A DNA stretch of 64,000 nucleotides, from positions 20,648 through 84,647 of the forward strand of contig JAQGDQ010000880.1 in NCBI GenBank assembly GCA_030141605.1, read 5' to 3'. The first letter of the stretch is position 1. Each line of letters starts with the position of its first letter. The notes beneath the pieces were generated by a model. The model made no database searches and was not told the origin of the DNA. It worked only from the letters and a program-made list of their open reading frames with translations. Origin of the DNA: Tubiluchus corallicola (taxonomy: Eukaryota > Animalia > Priapulida). A program made the translations under genes and the position numbers. Below are positions 35,552 through 48,400 of this stretch, piece after piece.

Positions 35552-37249
35552 TTGAACAATGGACATTACTCGCCTGGGTATCAATTTCTGAACAGCGTGA
35601 AGTCTCTGCAAAAAGCAGAATAAGCAACACTGTGCTGATTAACATTTTCGAAGATCTCTCGTGTTGCTTCGTTTAGGCGAAATAAAAAAATTAAAATTCG
35701 CCTGCTTTTGCTTGTTGATGAGGGGGGTTACAAGATTGGAATGCTTCATGACAAGCTTCTACCATTTCTAGTGATAATCTGTGATAGCATTATTTATAGT
35801 TATGTCCATGATGCATATAAATGGTTACCTGTACGGTTGTATCAATAAATTGCGCCTTTTGTGAAACTCTGTGGACTGTTTAATATTACCTGTAGCGAAG
35901 TTTTAATTAGGTCTATGGGTGCTATAAATTCTGTGTGAGTTACACTAAATGCAATGTGAGGGAGCACTGTAAGGCAGAACATAAGAGGTCAAGGTCTGGG
36001 TGTCAGCATATCGATGTACTTTGTCCATTGTAGAAATTATTTGGAGGCCCATAAGTTAAGGACAACAGAACTGAGATTTCAATATAGAACATGATATTCT
36101 AAATTAAATTAAACCGCAAATCTTCCCATTTCGGTGAGTTGTACTTTTGCCTTTGATGTTTCTTAGCAGTTTCAAAACATATTATTAATTTTTACTTTTT
36201 TAAATCAGTCTCACTCTCAGAAACATGCAGTGAATAGTTTTAGCATTAATTGTAAACAGAGTTATCTAAGAATGAATGTTTTTTTAAATAAATAGTTATG
36301 AAGAACCTGTGTTTCTTTCCATAGTTCTTTAACATGGCCCGGAAACGTTTAGTCGAAAAAGCCTTCTGCCTGTTTAATTTACATATTAATTTACATTAAT
36401 TTACATAAATCTGTCACTTGATTAATTTTAATATAATTGCGTTTTTTAAAACTGTCGTCTGACTAGCACCCTCGGGGTTTTAGGGGGTGTGAGACCCAGG
36501 TCAATAAATCTGCCAAAGAACATGTAACGTTAGTTAGTATATTAGATTTTTTTGGCAGTCGATTTTTGTCTTAATCTTCATTAACATCAGCGTCACTGCC
36601 GTGTAAAAGGGACCCCTTGAATTTTTCAAATGCCTGAGCAGAACAAACTTGTGGGGGTGACTGGATTGTTAATTTTCATTATCAGTAACCTAAATATTTT
36701 ATGCTTCAGACTGTCAGACAATTTGCAGAAGTTGAATAGAGATGATCAATTATGCAATACTAACCACAAAGTGATAAATTGATAATTAAGCTGGTAGTGT
36801 GAGAGATAGAAACCTCTTCATTATGCAGATAGTTATGAACTAGTGCATCAGGTACAGTATTCGAGCATACCAGGCAGCAGTGCTGAGTGACAGGTATGTT
36901 TAATATGTTGGCCAAGTATTTGAGTGATGTTATGTATAGTCAAAGCGTGTATTTTCGCAGCAGAAAAGATAACATTTAGGTGCATTGATCTTTTAATTTT
37001 TGCACTCACAGTTCACATAAATTATGCAGGCCTTTGTGAATAAATAATGACTTGCTATAGAATTTGAGCTGTAAGGTCTGCCTTTTCAGCACTAATCAGT
37101 GTTATAGTTAGTTGTGGGTCTGCTTTGTTTTCTAGTGCCATGGGCAAATCTATGTGAAACCAAGTGAGTGCACGTGCTACATAATGATACACGTTCTATG
37201 ACTAATGACTGCTTTAGTTTCGAGCATCTGTTAAGCCAATACTGTCGTC

Positions 37250-38587
37250 ATGTCAAAACGTCAGCCAGCAGGAAATAACCCTGCTAGTAAGATGGTTCAG
37301 AAAAGACAGCCAGGTGGTGATAATGGCGTAATCAGATTCAGATGTTACCTGCAGAACACTACGATGGACGTGATGAGAGCACGTGGATGGCAAGAAGTAA
37401 AAGAAGAGTCGGGAGAGTGGGACATAAACTGGTGCGATGTTGGATGGATGAAGGAATTGTTTGACCGTTCGTACATGGACGAATATGCAAGAATATCGCA
37501 CTTTCGCAATCACTATGAACTAACAAGAAAAAACTTGATGATAAAAAATCTGAAGCGTTTGAAAAAACAAATAGAAAAGGATAGTGGAAAAAGCGAGGCA
37601 AGTGCATGCGATTTTTTTCCAGTTTCGTATGAACTGCCATCTGAATATCACATATTCGTGGAAGAATTCAAAAGAAATCCTGGTTTAACTTGGATTATGA
37701 AGCCCGCTGGCAGCGCTCAAGGGAAAGGTATATTTTTGTTTAAAAAACTGAAAGATATTACAGACTGGAAGAAGGGTGAGTACCAACCTCCGCAACATGA
37801 TAAGGAAAAGGAAAAAGAAGGACCGAAAACGTATATCGTACAACGCTATTTAGAAAATCCTTATCTAATTGGTGGAAGAAAATCTGACATCCGTCTGTAT
37901 GTCCTCGTGATTTCCTATGCTCCACTTAAGGCTTGGGTGTACCGGGAAGGTTTTGCAAGGTTTTCAAACTCTCGGTATTCCATGGAGTCCATTGACGACA
38001 CGTACGTGCACCTCACGAATGTTGCCGTGCAGAAAACGGCTCCAGATTACGACCCAGAGAAGGGATGCAAGTGGTCAATGAGGCAGCTGCGGCAGTACTT
38101 GACCGCTAGACATGGGATGGATATGGTAGAAGTTTTGATGAATAAAATTAACAACATAATTATTCTTAGTCTGCAAAGTGTCCAGAAGATTATGATCAAT
38201 GACAAGCATTGTTTTGAACTGTATGGTTATGACATCCTTCTAGACAACAACCTTAAGCCTTGGCTTATTGAAGTCAATGCTTCTCCATCGCTAACAGCCA
38301 GCAGCCAAGAAGACTATAATCTAAAGTTTGCACTAATCGATGATGTGATGAACGTTTTGGACATGGAGCGACGACTGACAGGAAATGAAAAGAGAATCGG
38401 AGGTTTTGATTTACTGTGGTATGATGGTCCAGTGTATGCAAATGAGGGAACTGGATTAGAATGTTCCATTGTGAATAATAACAGCAACAGACTTAATAGC
38501 TACATAGGATGTGTGAATGACAGAAAGAAACAACTTAACAGTTTGTATCGTTATTCTACAAACAAGAACGAAACTAGAGAACCATAA
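37250..38587 (+). CDS. TTLL9: Tubulin polyglutamylase TTLL9, copy A (445 aa, intron-less CDS)
   Basis: [50 protein letters not shown]...[56 protein letters not shown]: TTL domain with TTLL9-type motifs. Confidence 0.93.
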   Translation: MSKRQPAGNNPASKMVQKRQPGGDNGVIRFRCYLQNTTMDVMRARGWQEVKEESGEWDINWCDVGWMKELFDRSYMDEYARISHFRNHYELTRKNLMIKNLKRLKKQIEKDSGKSEASACDFFPVSYELPSEYHIFVEEFKRNPGLTWIMKPAGSAQGKGIFLFKKLKDITDWKKGEYQPPQHDKEKEKEGPKTYIVQRYLENPYLIGGRKSDIRLYVLVISYAPLKAWVYREGFARFSNSRYSMESIDDTYVHLTNVAVQKTAPDYDPEKGCKWSMRQLRQYLTARHGMDMVEVLMNKINNIIILSLQSVQKIMINDKHCFELYGYDILLDNNLKPWLIEVNASPSLTASSQEDYNLKFALIDDVMNVLDMERRLTGNEKRIGGFDLLWYDGPVYANEGTGLECSIVNNNSNRLNSYIGCVNDRKKQLNSLYRYSTNKNETREP

Positions 38588-39849
38588 CACTATTGCTAGA
38601 TATGTAACGTAAGACATGCTTATTTATCAATACTTCTTATGTTGCTACCTAAATTGGGTATCACTCACATTCATATTGTCTGTGATAATTAATTTTTACT
38701 AATTACTTTTTCAGCAATATAATATAAGATTTTATATAAGTATCTGAACGTAGATGAAAAGAATTTTAGTTCACCTCCTAAAACTTCCAATTTCTTTGCC
38801 AAAATGCATTACCAATATTATGCCAGTTGCATTTTTTACACTATATAAACAATTTACAGTTCAAAGTTAACTTCAAAATACTTTGTTCCATTTCAAGATC
38901 AAATTTTGTGCCAAAACAATCTGGACAGCATAATAATGTTGTCTAACATGCATAGTTCAACCTCTCGTGTGGTGTGTACACCTTGTACATAGTTATCTAA
39001 GAGTGCTGCATACGCATCAGAAAGTGCCAAGCACAAAATCAAAGACTTTAATAGGAAGCTGTAATTGTGTCATTTTATTCATAGAACTGAATAAACTTGT
39101 TAGTATTGTTCAAGCAAACTGTCTGTTTAATGTTCAATTTTTTGGAGTCTACACTTGTGTTTGTCAATTTTGTAGCCTCATAACATGTACTGCCATCCAT
39201 ATACAAGAAAACTTTTATATAGACTAGTACTCTTTACTTTTATTATGGACTACTGACTAGAAGGCAAAAAAGCAAATACATGTATTAGCACTTGACACTG
39301 TTTAATCTTGACACTGATGCATCTCTCGACAGTACACACATTTTTGAATACATATATATATATATAAAAGCCAAGATGACTGCTTATTACAAATCTGATA
39401 ACTCGCAATTGTATCCTACAGCTATTTCCATCTGCAAGTATTATATTTTATGTACATGTTAAGATGAGATGAAGATACTACTACTTGAACATGAGCAATT
39501 CGTACATGTACAGACACTAATTTCACGTAATTGAAAGTTTATAAAAAAATACAGAATAAAATCAGAAACATGTGTATCTCAGTCAAACAAAGAATTGCAT
39601 TGCTAGTCATCTGCCTATTGCCAGTCTACTTTGGATGCACTAGGCTGTAAAGCAAAAGAAAGATCCAGATGAAATTTTGTTAACAAAGTGGAATTAGCAA
39701 GTTTGCATTAAAGCATGAGATTTGCTGTAGGCAAAATTAACGCATTTGCATGAATTGTCACGTTTTGTTAAATGTAAAGAGCTTTTCTTCACTTCATTTA
39801 ATATAATGTTTCAGTGCTGTAATAAGGTCATAATAAGCTATAACCCAGA

Positions 39850-40720
39850 CAAAAATAGTGTAAAGTTGAATTTTTACACAGACACCCAGAAAGTCATCCA
39901 GAATAATGTATTAAAAATCCCCAGGAATCCACTTTGGGTAAAAAAGTTGTGGGGTTTGAATTCAAAATGGCTGCTAACACTGCATACGTGTAACTCAACT
40001 AGGTGGCATGTAACATGGCATATATGCATTACCAGCTAACATAAAAGTGCATATGGTCTATTAGAAAATTAATGTTTCAAGGTCATTCAAAGTCAAGATC
40101 ATTCAAAATGGACATTGGCGCAGCTTTAAAATGCACTTGTCATTCTAAATGTTGATGCTATATTTGGAACATTTTGGCTGTGTGTCACCGTTGTTGATTT
40201 CGGAATAGTGTCTTCTCACAACCTGACCATATTATTCTCACAGCTGATAATACATTTGTGTTGCCTACACTGCTTCGTAACCAATTTACTTTTATTTCAA
40301 AGCAGCATTTTGACTGACTTTGACCATGATTGACCTAGAAACGCTATTTTTCTGATAGAACAGCACTTCTGATTCAGCTGGTAATATATTTACATACCCC
40401 AAAATTTTTACTACTTGAGTTATTTTGTATGACCTTGATCTGTGACTCTACTAGAGGTCAAAGTAGGGGTTGAGGAGACAACTCCTTCCAGTGCCAATGA
40501 AACTAGCTTATAGCGCAGCAAATGAAAGATCTAGATGAGATGAATAGAGTCATATAAGTCGACAGGAGATTGGTTGACCTTTGACCCATATGTCACTGGT
40601 AGAAAATCTACAAGTTGCAATTTCAAGGTGAAGTGGAATCTCTAGATAATCGAGTAATGCAAATTTAGTAAAATCAATACTATGATGTTCAAACAAAAGG
40701 TTGATGTCATTTCAAGATCT
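39850..40720. mobile_element. Unclassified interspersed repeat rich in TGACC(T)TTGA/GGTCA motifs at the duplication junction
   Basis: ggtcattcaaagtcaag, tgactttgaccatgattgacc, tgaccttgatc, gaggtcaaag, ttgacctttgacc; termini not resolved. Confidence 0.4.
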
Positions 40721-41873
40721 AAGTCTGCAACTATTATTTGCAAAATCTTCAGTTTCTGACCACATCAGAAACACTGTCAAACACTCAGTTACTGTTTGTT
40801 ACGTGTATATAATTTATATTGACAGCCGAGTTCCTGGATATTAAGTCTAGTATTATATGCTTTCATGTAAGTGTGCTACCTGCATTTTCGTTTGTGGTAT
40901 GTAGCCGAACTGGTTTTATTCTGACTATATGTGCATTAGTGTGTCAGTTCAGGCAGCATTCTTGTCCATTGCCGTGTTGCAACGATTAATAGTTTGTAAG
41001 TAGTAATGTTTGTAAGTATATGACATTCTCTTATATTATAGCATAACAGCAACATGATGACATGTTAAAATTAATATGTTAATGTTGCAGGCGTTTTAAT
41101 TGCTTTTGTTATATATTTAATGTGCAATTTGTTCTCAACTAAAATATCTCCAGTTTTTCGTGTTCATGTAATCAATAATGTTGATTGTTGTAATAGGTTT
41201 TCCTGGTAGCTGACAGTCAGGTAATTCTGAGTTATTGTCAAGCAAAAGGGGAATGGGTTCTGCTATTTTAAAAATCAGAACAAAACAAACTTGTGGATTG
41301 ACTGAATGGTATAATCTTTGTTACCAATAACCTAAACATTTTATGCTTCAGACTGTTAGACAATTTCCAGAAGCTAAACAGAGGTGATTAATTATGTAAT
41401 ACTAACGACAAAAGTGAGTGAAAATTAAGCAACATTTAAGCTGATAGTGGGACACACATTATGCCTCTTCGTTGCGCAATATTTGGATATGTAGTTATAA
41501 AGCAATACAAGTATCATCAGATGGCAGTACTGAGTGACAGGTCTTTCTAATTTGTGGCTAAGATTTCAGTTCAGCGTCAGTGATGTTATATCGTCAGAAC
41601 ATATGCCTTCGCAACAGCAAGGATAACTCTGAGGTGCATTGATCTTTGATTTTTTTGCACTCACAGTTCTCATAAATTACACAGGACTTTGAAAATAAAT
41701 GATGAGTTGCTATAGAATCGGCTTTTTCAGCACTAATCAGTGTTATAGTTACTTGGTTTGTGTTCTAGTGTGGCTAATCTGTGTAAAACAATGTGCTGTG
41801 CTACGTAATCGTATACACTCTGTGACTAATGACTGTTTTAGTGTCGAGCGTCTGTTAACTCAATACTATCGTC

Positions 41874-43121
41874 ATGTCAAAAGGTCAGCTACTAGGAAAT
41901 AATTCTGTTAGCAAGATTGTTCAGAAAAGACATACAGGTGGTGATAATGGGATAATCAGGTTTACATGCTACCTGCGGACCACATTTGCCGTGATGACCG
42001 CACGTGGCTGGGAAGCAGTAAAACAAGAGTCAGGAGAGTGGGATATAAACTGGTGTACCGTTAAGTGGTTGAGAGAATCATTTGACCGTTCGTACATGAA
42101 TGAATATACAAGAATATCACATTTTTATAATCATTATGAACTCACAAGAAAAGACTTAATGATAAAAAATCTGAAGTGTTTGAGAAAACAAATCGAAAAA
42201 GACAGTGCGAAAAGCGAGGCAAGTGCATGCAATTTTTTTCCAATTTCGTACGAACTGCCATCTGAATATCACATATTCGTGGAAGAATTCAAAAGAAATC
42301 CTGGTTTAACTTGGATTATGAAGCCAGCTAGAAGCGAGCAAGGGAAGGGTATATTTTTGTTTAAAAAACTGAAAGATATTACAGACGGGAAGAAGGGTGA
42401 GTACCAGACAGAAGGACTGAAAACGTATCTTGTACAACGCTACATAGAAAATCCTTATCTAATTGATGGAAGAAAGTTTGACATCCGTCTTTTTGTCCTC
42501 GTGGTTTCCTATGCTCCACTTACGGTTTGGGTGTACCGGGAAGGTTTTGCAAGGTTTTCAAACTCTCTGTATTCCATGGAGTCCATTGACGACACGTACG
42601 TGCACCTCACGAATGTTGCCGTGCAGAAAACAGCTCCAGATTACGACCCAGAGAAGGGATGCCAGTGGTCAATGAGGCAGCTGCGGCAGTACTTGACCGC
42701 TAGACATGGGATGGATATGGTAGAAGTTTTGATGAATAAAATTAACAACATAATTATTCTTAGTCTGCAAAGTGTCCAGAAGATTATGATCAATGACAAG
42801 CATTGTTTTGAGCTGTATGGTTATGACATCCTTCTAGACAACAACCTTAAGCCTTGGCTTATTGAAGTCAATGCTTCTCCATCGCTGAAAGACAGCAACC
42901 AAAAGCACCATAATGTAAAGGTTGCACTAATCGATGATGTGATGAACGTTGTGGACATGGAGCGACGACTGACAGGAAATGAAAAGAGAATCGGAGGTTT
43001 TGATTTACTGTGGTGCGATGGTCCAGTGAATGCAAATGAAGGAACTGGATTAGAATGTTCCATTGTGGATAGTAACAGACTTAATAGCTTCTTTGGATGT
43101 CCTTTTGACAGAAAGAAGTAA
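41874..43121 (+). CDS. TTLL9: TTLL9 copy B (415 aa, intron-less, diverged, C-terminally shortened)
   Basis: Paralogue of copy A; open frame kept despite in-frame deletions; TAA replaces A's CAA, and the frame stays open to the ancestral stop at 43173-43175. Confidence 0.85.
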   Translation: MSKGQLLGNNSVSKIVQKRHTGGDNGIIRFTCYLRTTFAVMTARGWEAVKQESGEWDINWCTVKWLRESFDRSYMNEYTRISHFYNHYELTRKDLMIKNLKCLRKQIEKDSAKSEASACNFFPISYELPSEYHIFVEEFKRNPGLTWIMKPARSEQGKGIFLFKKLKDITDGKKGEYQTEGLKTYLVQRYIENPYLIDGRKFDIRLFVLVVSYAPLTVWVYREGFARFSNSLYSMESIDDTYVHLTNVAVQKTAPDYDPEKGCQWSMRQLRQYLTARHGMDMVEVLMNKINNIIILSLQSVQKIMINDKHCFELYGYDILLDNNLKPWLIEVNASPSLKDSNQKHHNVKVALIDDVMNVVDMERRLTGNEKRIGGFDLLWCDGPVNANEGTGLECSIVDSNRLNSFFGCPFDRKK

Positions 43122-45490
43122 CTAGATAGCTTGTATGGTCACTCTACAAACAAGAATAAAACTAGAGAACCATGATATTATTGCTGTGAAGTAAGACGTG
43201 CTTACTTATTAATTGTTCTTGCTGAATTGGAACAAGCACTTACTCGACCATGTTATAGCATATCTAAGCAAAAGTTATGTACTTACACTGCAACAAAGTC
43301 AAGCTTTTATGTTGCTACATAAGTAGGGCATCACTCCCAATCACGCTGTCTGTGATAATTAATTTTTGCTAATTAGCGTACAACGGATTTCATACAGTTA
43401 GTAAAGAAGAGTTAGTGAATGGTCACTGTGATAGAACAATCACTGAAAATTATAATTTTAATTAATTATGCACCCAAGTCAGATTTTAGTTGGACGAAAT
43501 CTTGTACTGCTAAAATAGCTCATTATTTAGATCTGTATTAACAACAATATATTCATTAAGCTGAAATTAAGTACTGCTACTTTGATATGGTATCATCTTC
43601 CTATGTAATAATCAATGCTAATTAAGGCGTTAGTCATCATTGTAATTGTTACTATTATTGTTGTTGTTATTTTGTCTGACTTAAAACAAGATTTGAATTT
43701 TTTAACTGATACAGCAGATTTTACATAGGAAAATTTATTTATTTATTATTTATTTTTAAGAATAACAATTATTTATTATTAAGGGAATTCATATTTCATA
43801 ATTTAACATTTATATTTTGTAATTATTTGTTTTTACCATATTGTTTGTTGTCCGTCTTTAAATGGTAATTAATCATTGCTTTATTTTCCTAACTCAAAAA
43901 GTATCTATTTAATTACAATTAAATAATGTTAGTATAGTTTACATATGATAACCATTGCTGAACAGAATAAATTTACCATGCAAAGTTATTGAAAGTGAAT
44001 CAACATGGGAATGACAGCCAAAAATGGGTCTTCCTCTCTACTTCACTGTTCTTCACATCTGCCACTCGTTTCTCACGTCTCTCCAGAAGATGGCGCTGTA
44101 TAATGTAATTGTTGTGTAGCTCGCATCGTGTACGTTGTTGCAACTTTAATTTAATACTGTACATGTGGGTTGTCCAACTGTTGCCAGTTTCAACAATGAA
44201 CACGTATGAATAATATTTTCATAATAAATAGTCAACTTGTGCAATTTTTATTTGCTGAAAAATTAATTGCCTTGGTTTGGAATAGAAAATTTAGTTGTTT
44301 CTTTTACGTGACATTTTTATGACACAATAAAATTTGATGAATGTGTTTTTTTCATATAAACATATGATTATTCTTAGCTTTCCTGTACAGATTATTGAGT
44401 ATTTGCATTGTTTTGCGTTGCTATGGGATACAAAATCTGATTTATCATGATACTTCCATCAAAACGTTGTTCTCTGAACTAACCATTTAAACTGGTCACA
44501 GGCAACTTTACAGCAGCAAAAACATGTACTGCCATCCATTTACAAGAAAATTTTTTTATAGAGTAGTACTCATTCATTTTCGTTATGGACTATTGACTAG
44601 ATTTAGACGAAAAAGCAAATATTTGCAGACGGCATGATATTGACACCACTATTAAATCTTTTGAGGCAATTTTTGGACAACACACATCTTTGCACATGTA
44701 TGAAAGTCAAAGTTACTTATCAAAAATCTAGCAACTCGCAATAGTATCCTATAGCTATATTCATGTACAAACATTTGTGTAATTCAACCTTTGCAAACTC
44801 GTACAAATTCTTTGGTCTCCACAAATACAAGTTAAGATGAGATGAATACAATACTACTAGAACAAAACCAATTTGAATGTATTCGTATTTTAATTTCACA
44901 TAATTGCAAGTTTACAAGAAAAATCTGATATTAGGAACACGTATGTCTCAAGAATTGCATGACCAGTCTGCCTACTGCCAATCCACTTTGGATGTACTAG
45001 GCTATAAAACAAAATGGAATGAGATTACAATTCCCAACAGAATTTAAATAATCTAAACTTAACCCTAACCTCATCCTAATCGTAATCTTAATCCTAATCT
45101 GCTTTGCGAGCAAATTTCTTGTGTGTGCTGAAATGTAAACTTTAGTCAACAAAACAAATATCCAGATGCAATTTTTGCTAACAGAATAAAATTAACAAGT
45201 ACTAAGTACCTGCATAAGTATTTGCATAAAAGTACGAGATCCATTATTGGCAAAATTAAACAACTGCATGAGCTGTCAAGTCTTGTTAAATGTAGACAGC
45301 TTTTCTACACTTCAATTGATACATGTTCCAGTGCCATAATGGTTAGTCTTCATACAGCAACTGCCATTGGTGCATTCACTTCACTGGAAAGTTAGCTAAC
45401 TTCCAGCTGCACCAGGCTTCCATTGACGACTGACGATGAATAACATGAAGCTGATAAAAACCTTTTGTGGTACCAGACATCAAGTCATTG

Positions 45491-48400
45491 TTACAGGCTA
45501 GAAAAAAGCCTCAGATTCCCATCTAAGGTAGCAGTTACCAACTACAACAAAAAAGAAATATGAATGATTTCAAACTTTTATTTACTCAACAGTATGTTGT
45601 GGACAAATTTATTCACAAAAGTTATTAAAGCAAGTGTTACAAACTATTCGATTTGAATTGATAGATAGACAGTGGAAAAGTATTATGCTACTGGTACGTG
45701 AACAATCAACTGTCTTATCTAACAATTAATTTAATCATGAGTGCAGAGAATAAAAAAAGTTCACGTAAAAATGCGAAAACAGATGTTGTTATCCAAGTCC
45801 CATTCGACTTCGAAGTGCATCACAACAGCTGTAAAAACTAGACAACTATGAACCAAATCTACTTAACTCGTATATCTACATAGTATACAAAATAGTCGTC
45901 GGATAGCAAAGTTAATTATACTAATTCCGTAAATAAAACTAATATTATACCTGTGAATAAAGAGGATGGAATGCGACGTCACTAACAACTTCTGTATGTC
46001 CAGACAGTTTGTGCAAGTAAGACCCCATTCTTATATCATAGATATAAGCCTACAAAAACATTACAAAATTATTGGGTAAATTGGAAACTATAATTTAAAT
46101 TAAAAAATCCCTAACAGACATTGAGACAACTGCAATCCTGGTCAGAATGTCTCACTGACATGAAGGGCTGGATGTAGTCAGAATCAACATGGCTAACTCA
46201 GATAGATATCATACGCTGGCCCTAGCTTCACATATTGTGAACTGTAAATAAGACACCAGTAACTTCTACTGCAACTTACACATTTATCTTCTGAGCCCAT
46301 GGCAATAAACCTTGAACAAGGACTAAAAACAGCTCCGCACAGATGGCTTCTGTTTTTGTGTTCACTATATCGGCAAATACACCTAAACGCAAAATTCATA
46401 AATCGTGTTGATTAAATTGCATGCAGTTAATTACAACTGCTAAGTAAAATGTCTTGAATCTGCTTCATTAATTGATGATTCTAATAAATGATGCATGGCA
46501 CATGTTCAAACTAAGAATCTTCAGCAATTTACATTTTTAACAAACAATGTAACAAAAAATCAAAAGTTGTACACAATTACCATTAAAGCAAAATTGGACC
46601 CAAACTTAAACTGTAAGATGAAACAACTTACTCTTCAAAATATTGAAAGGGAACATACTATTTTTTCAAAAAAGACTTACGTGAAAGAATTATTACCACA
46701 CAAACAAAGTTTCGCATTCATGCCATTAGGTCTTCCATTACTTGCATTTCGTCATTTGCTATTTAGACGGGCACCTGCATTTCGGAAGCGAATTACACAA
46801 AAAACAGGGGCTGTGCCTCTCCGATCAGCAGTGTTAGTTTATGACAAACTACACACATTCAACAGCTCGTGAGAGCACAGCAGTAAATTTGAAACTTGAA
46901 TTTTTGTCTTAAAACTTGCCAAGTTTTAGCACAACACACCCTGAATCTCTTACAATAGCACTGCACTTCAATTTTCACTTTCGCAAACACGTGCAACACG
47001 CTCATGGAATATTTTTGAAATTAAAAATTATGTTAGTTTGAGATCTCATCACTGGCTGGGCTTGCCCGCCGCCGTTAATTAAGATTTTAATATGTTATTT
47101 AATTATCAGAAATGCTTAAGCAGTATTATTGGCATTAAAATGTATACTTTTACGGTACTTGAAAATGGGTAGTATATGAACAATCATCATGTCTTCCTTT
47201 AAGTGTTTCTACCTGCTAGCCTGCTGTTACCAAAAACATAATTTTTCAAAGTGCAGTAGTTGAGTAGTTATGGCACTTGGTTGCGAATCCAGAGCTTCTG
47301 GGTTTGTGTACCGATCATTTCGGTATTCTTCGAACCACTGAACACTCAAACACAAGTTTCTGCATGCCTTCGTACTGATCTACCACATTTTATGCTAATA
47401 ATCATACTCCGCTGTAAGATCATAATTCATGTGTGGTTATTATAAAGTTGCACGTCTGTAGATATGTTAATTTACTAATATCGCATTACCTGTTTTACTA
47501 ACATCTTTATCTTTGTAAACTGTATATTTTTATACGAAATAAACTCATAATAATAATAATAATGATGACAAATTTCATCTATGTGATACGTTGACATTAC
47601 CTTGATGTTCTGAGATCCCAGAGTTTAGCACCATCGGCAACAGCTGCAGTCAGGTAGAGATCATAGTTTTCAGGTGGGTGAGTGACGTAAGCTGAACCCT
47701 ACAAAATTAGAAACGGCTTTTAACTCATTTCTCAGAAATAGTTTTCAGCAAATTTAGCAAATATCCTCAAGAAGTAGAAACTCGTGATTACACAATGAGC
47801 ATCTTAAGTTCTAATTTCCAAACATATCAATGCAATAGGGCTTACAGGCAAGTGCAGACCTGCCAACCATATGAAGTAAAAACGAGTGCGAAACATAGAA
47901 AACCCCGGGGATCATCTCACATCCGGAAGGGGTCCAACATGGCAAATTGTGTCCCAGAAAGTTTTGCTTTTTTTGGGTATTAAAACCAAATGAACAAAAA
48001 ACTACGTCAATAACAGGAACAAAAAAATTAATGTAATTTTTGGGGCTATTCCTATACTGTATTGTACTATACTATACAGTTCATGATGCTTTACATGTGT
48101 TCATTTTTACATCCATAGATCCAAATCCATAATTTACATCCAAAAAGCTCAATAGCAGCACAAAGTGCTTAATTTTCAGGTGCCAAAACTTCAAAGGTGC
48201 TTGTGCTTGCTGCCCCCCTGAAAAGATTTGCTGTTTGTAAAAATAAACCTCAAAAAAAAGAATTCAACTTTTCTCAGCAGAATGAAAAAAATTCCGAAAG
48301 AAATTTACCTGATTTTGGCACAGTACATGTACAGGCCTGGCATGAACATCTGGAGTAGTTTGAACAGTTTGACCAACGTTCATATCTATAACTTCTACTG

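Larger units (their letters stand above)
36640..45342 (+). repeat. Tandem segmental duplication: unit A ~36640-39828, unit B ~41275-45342
   Basis: Colinear homology of 5' flank (caaacttgtgg...ttatgcttcagactg), CDS and 3' flank (catgtactgccatccat.tacaagaaaa...ttccagtgc), with indels and insertions. Confidence 0.9.

Noticed and set aside
37250-43121. Assignment as TTLL2 (human 6q27, mostly single-exon) or TTLL1
   Set aside because: Motifs [27 protein letters not shown] and [12 protein letters not shown] fit TTLL9.
45055-45100. Telomere-like (TAACCC)n
   Set aside because: Short and degenerate, inside a small insertion; typical repeat-internal motif.
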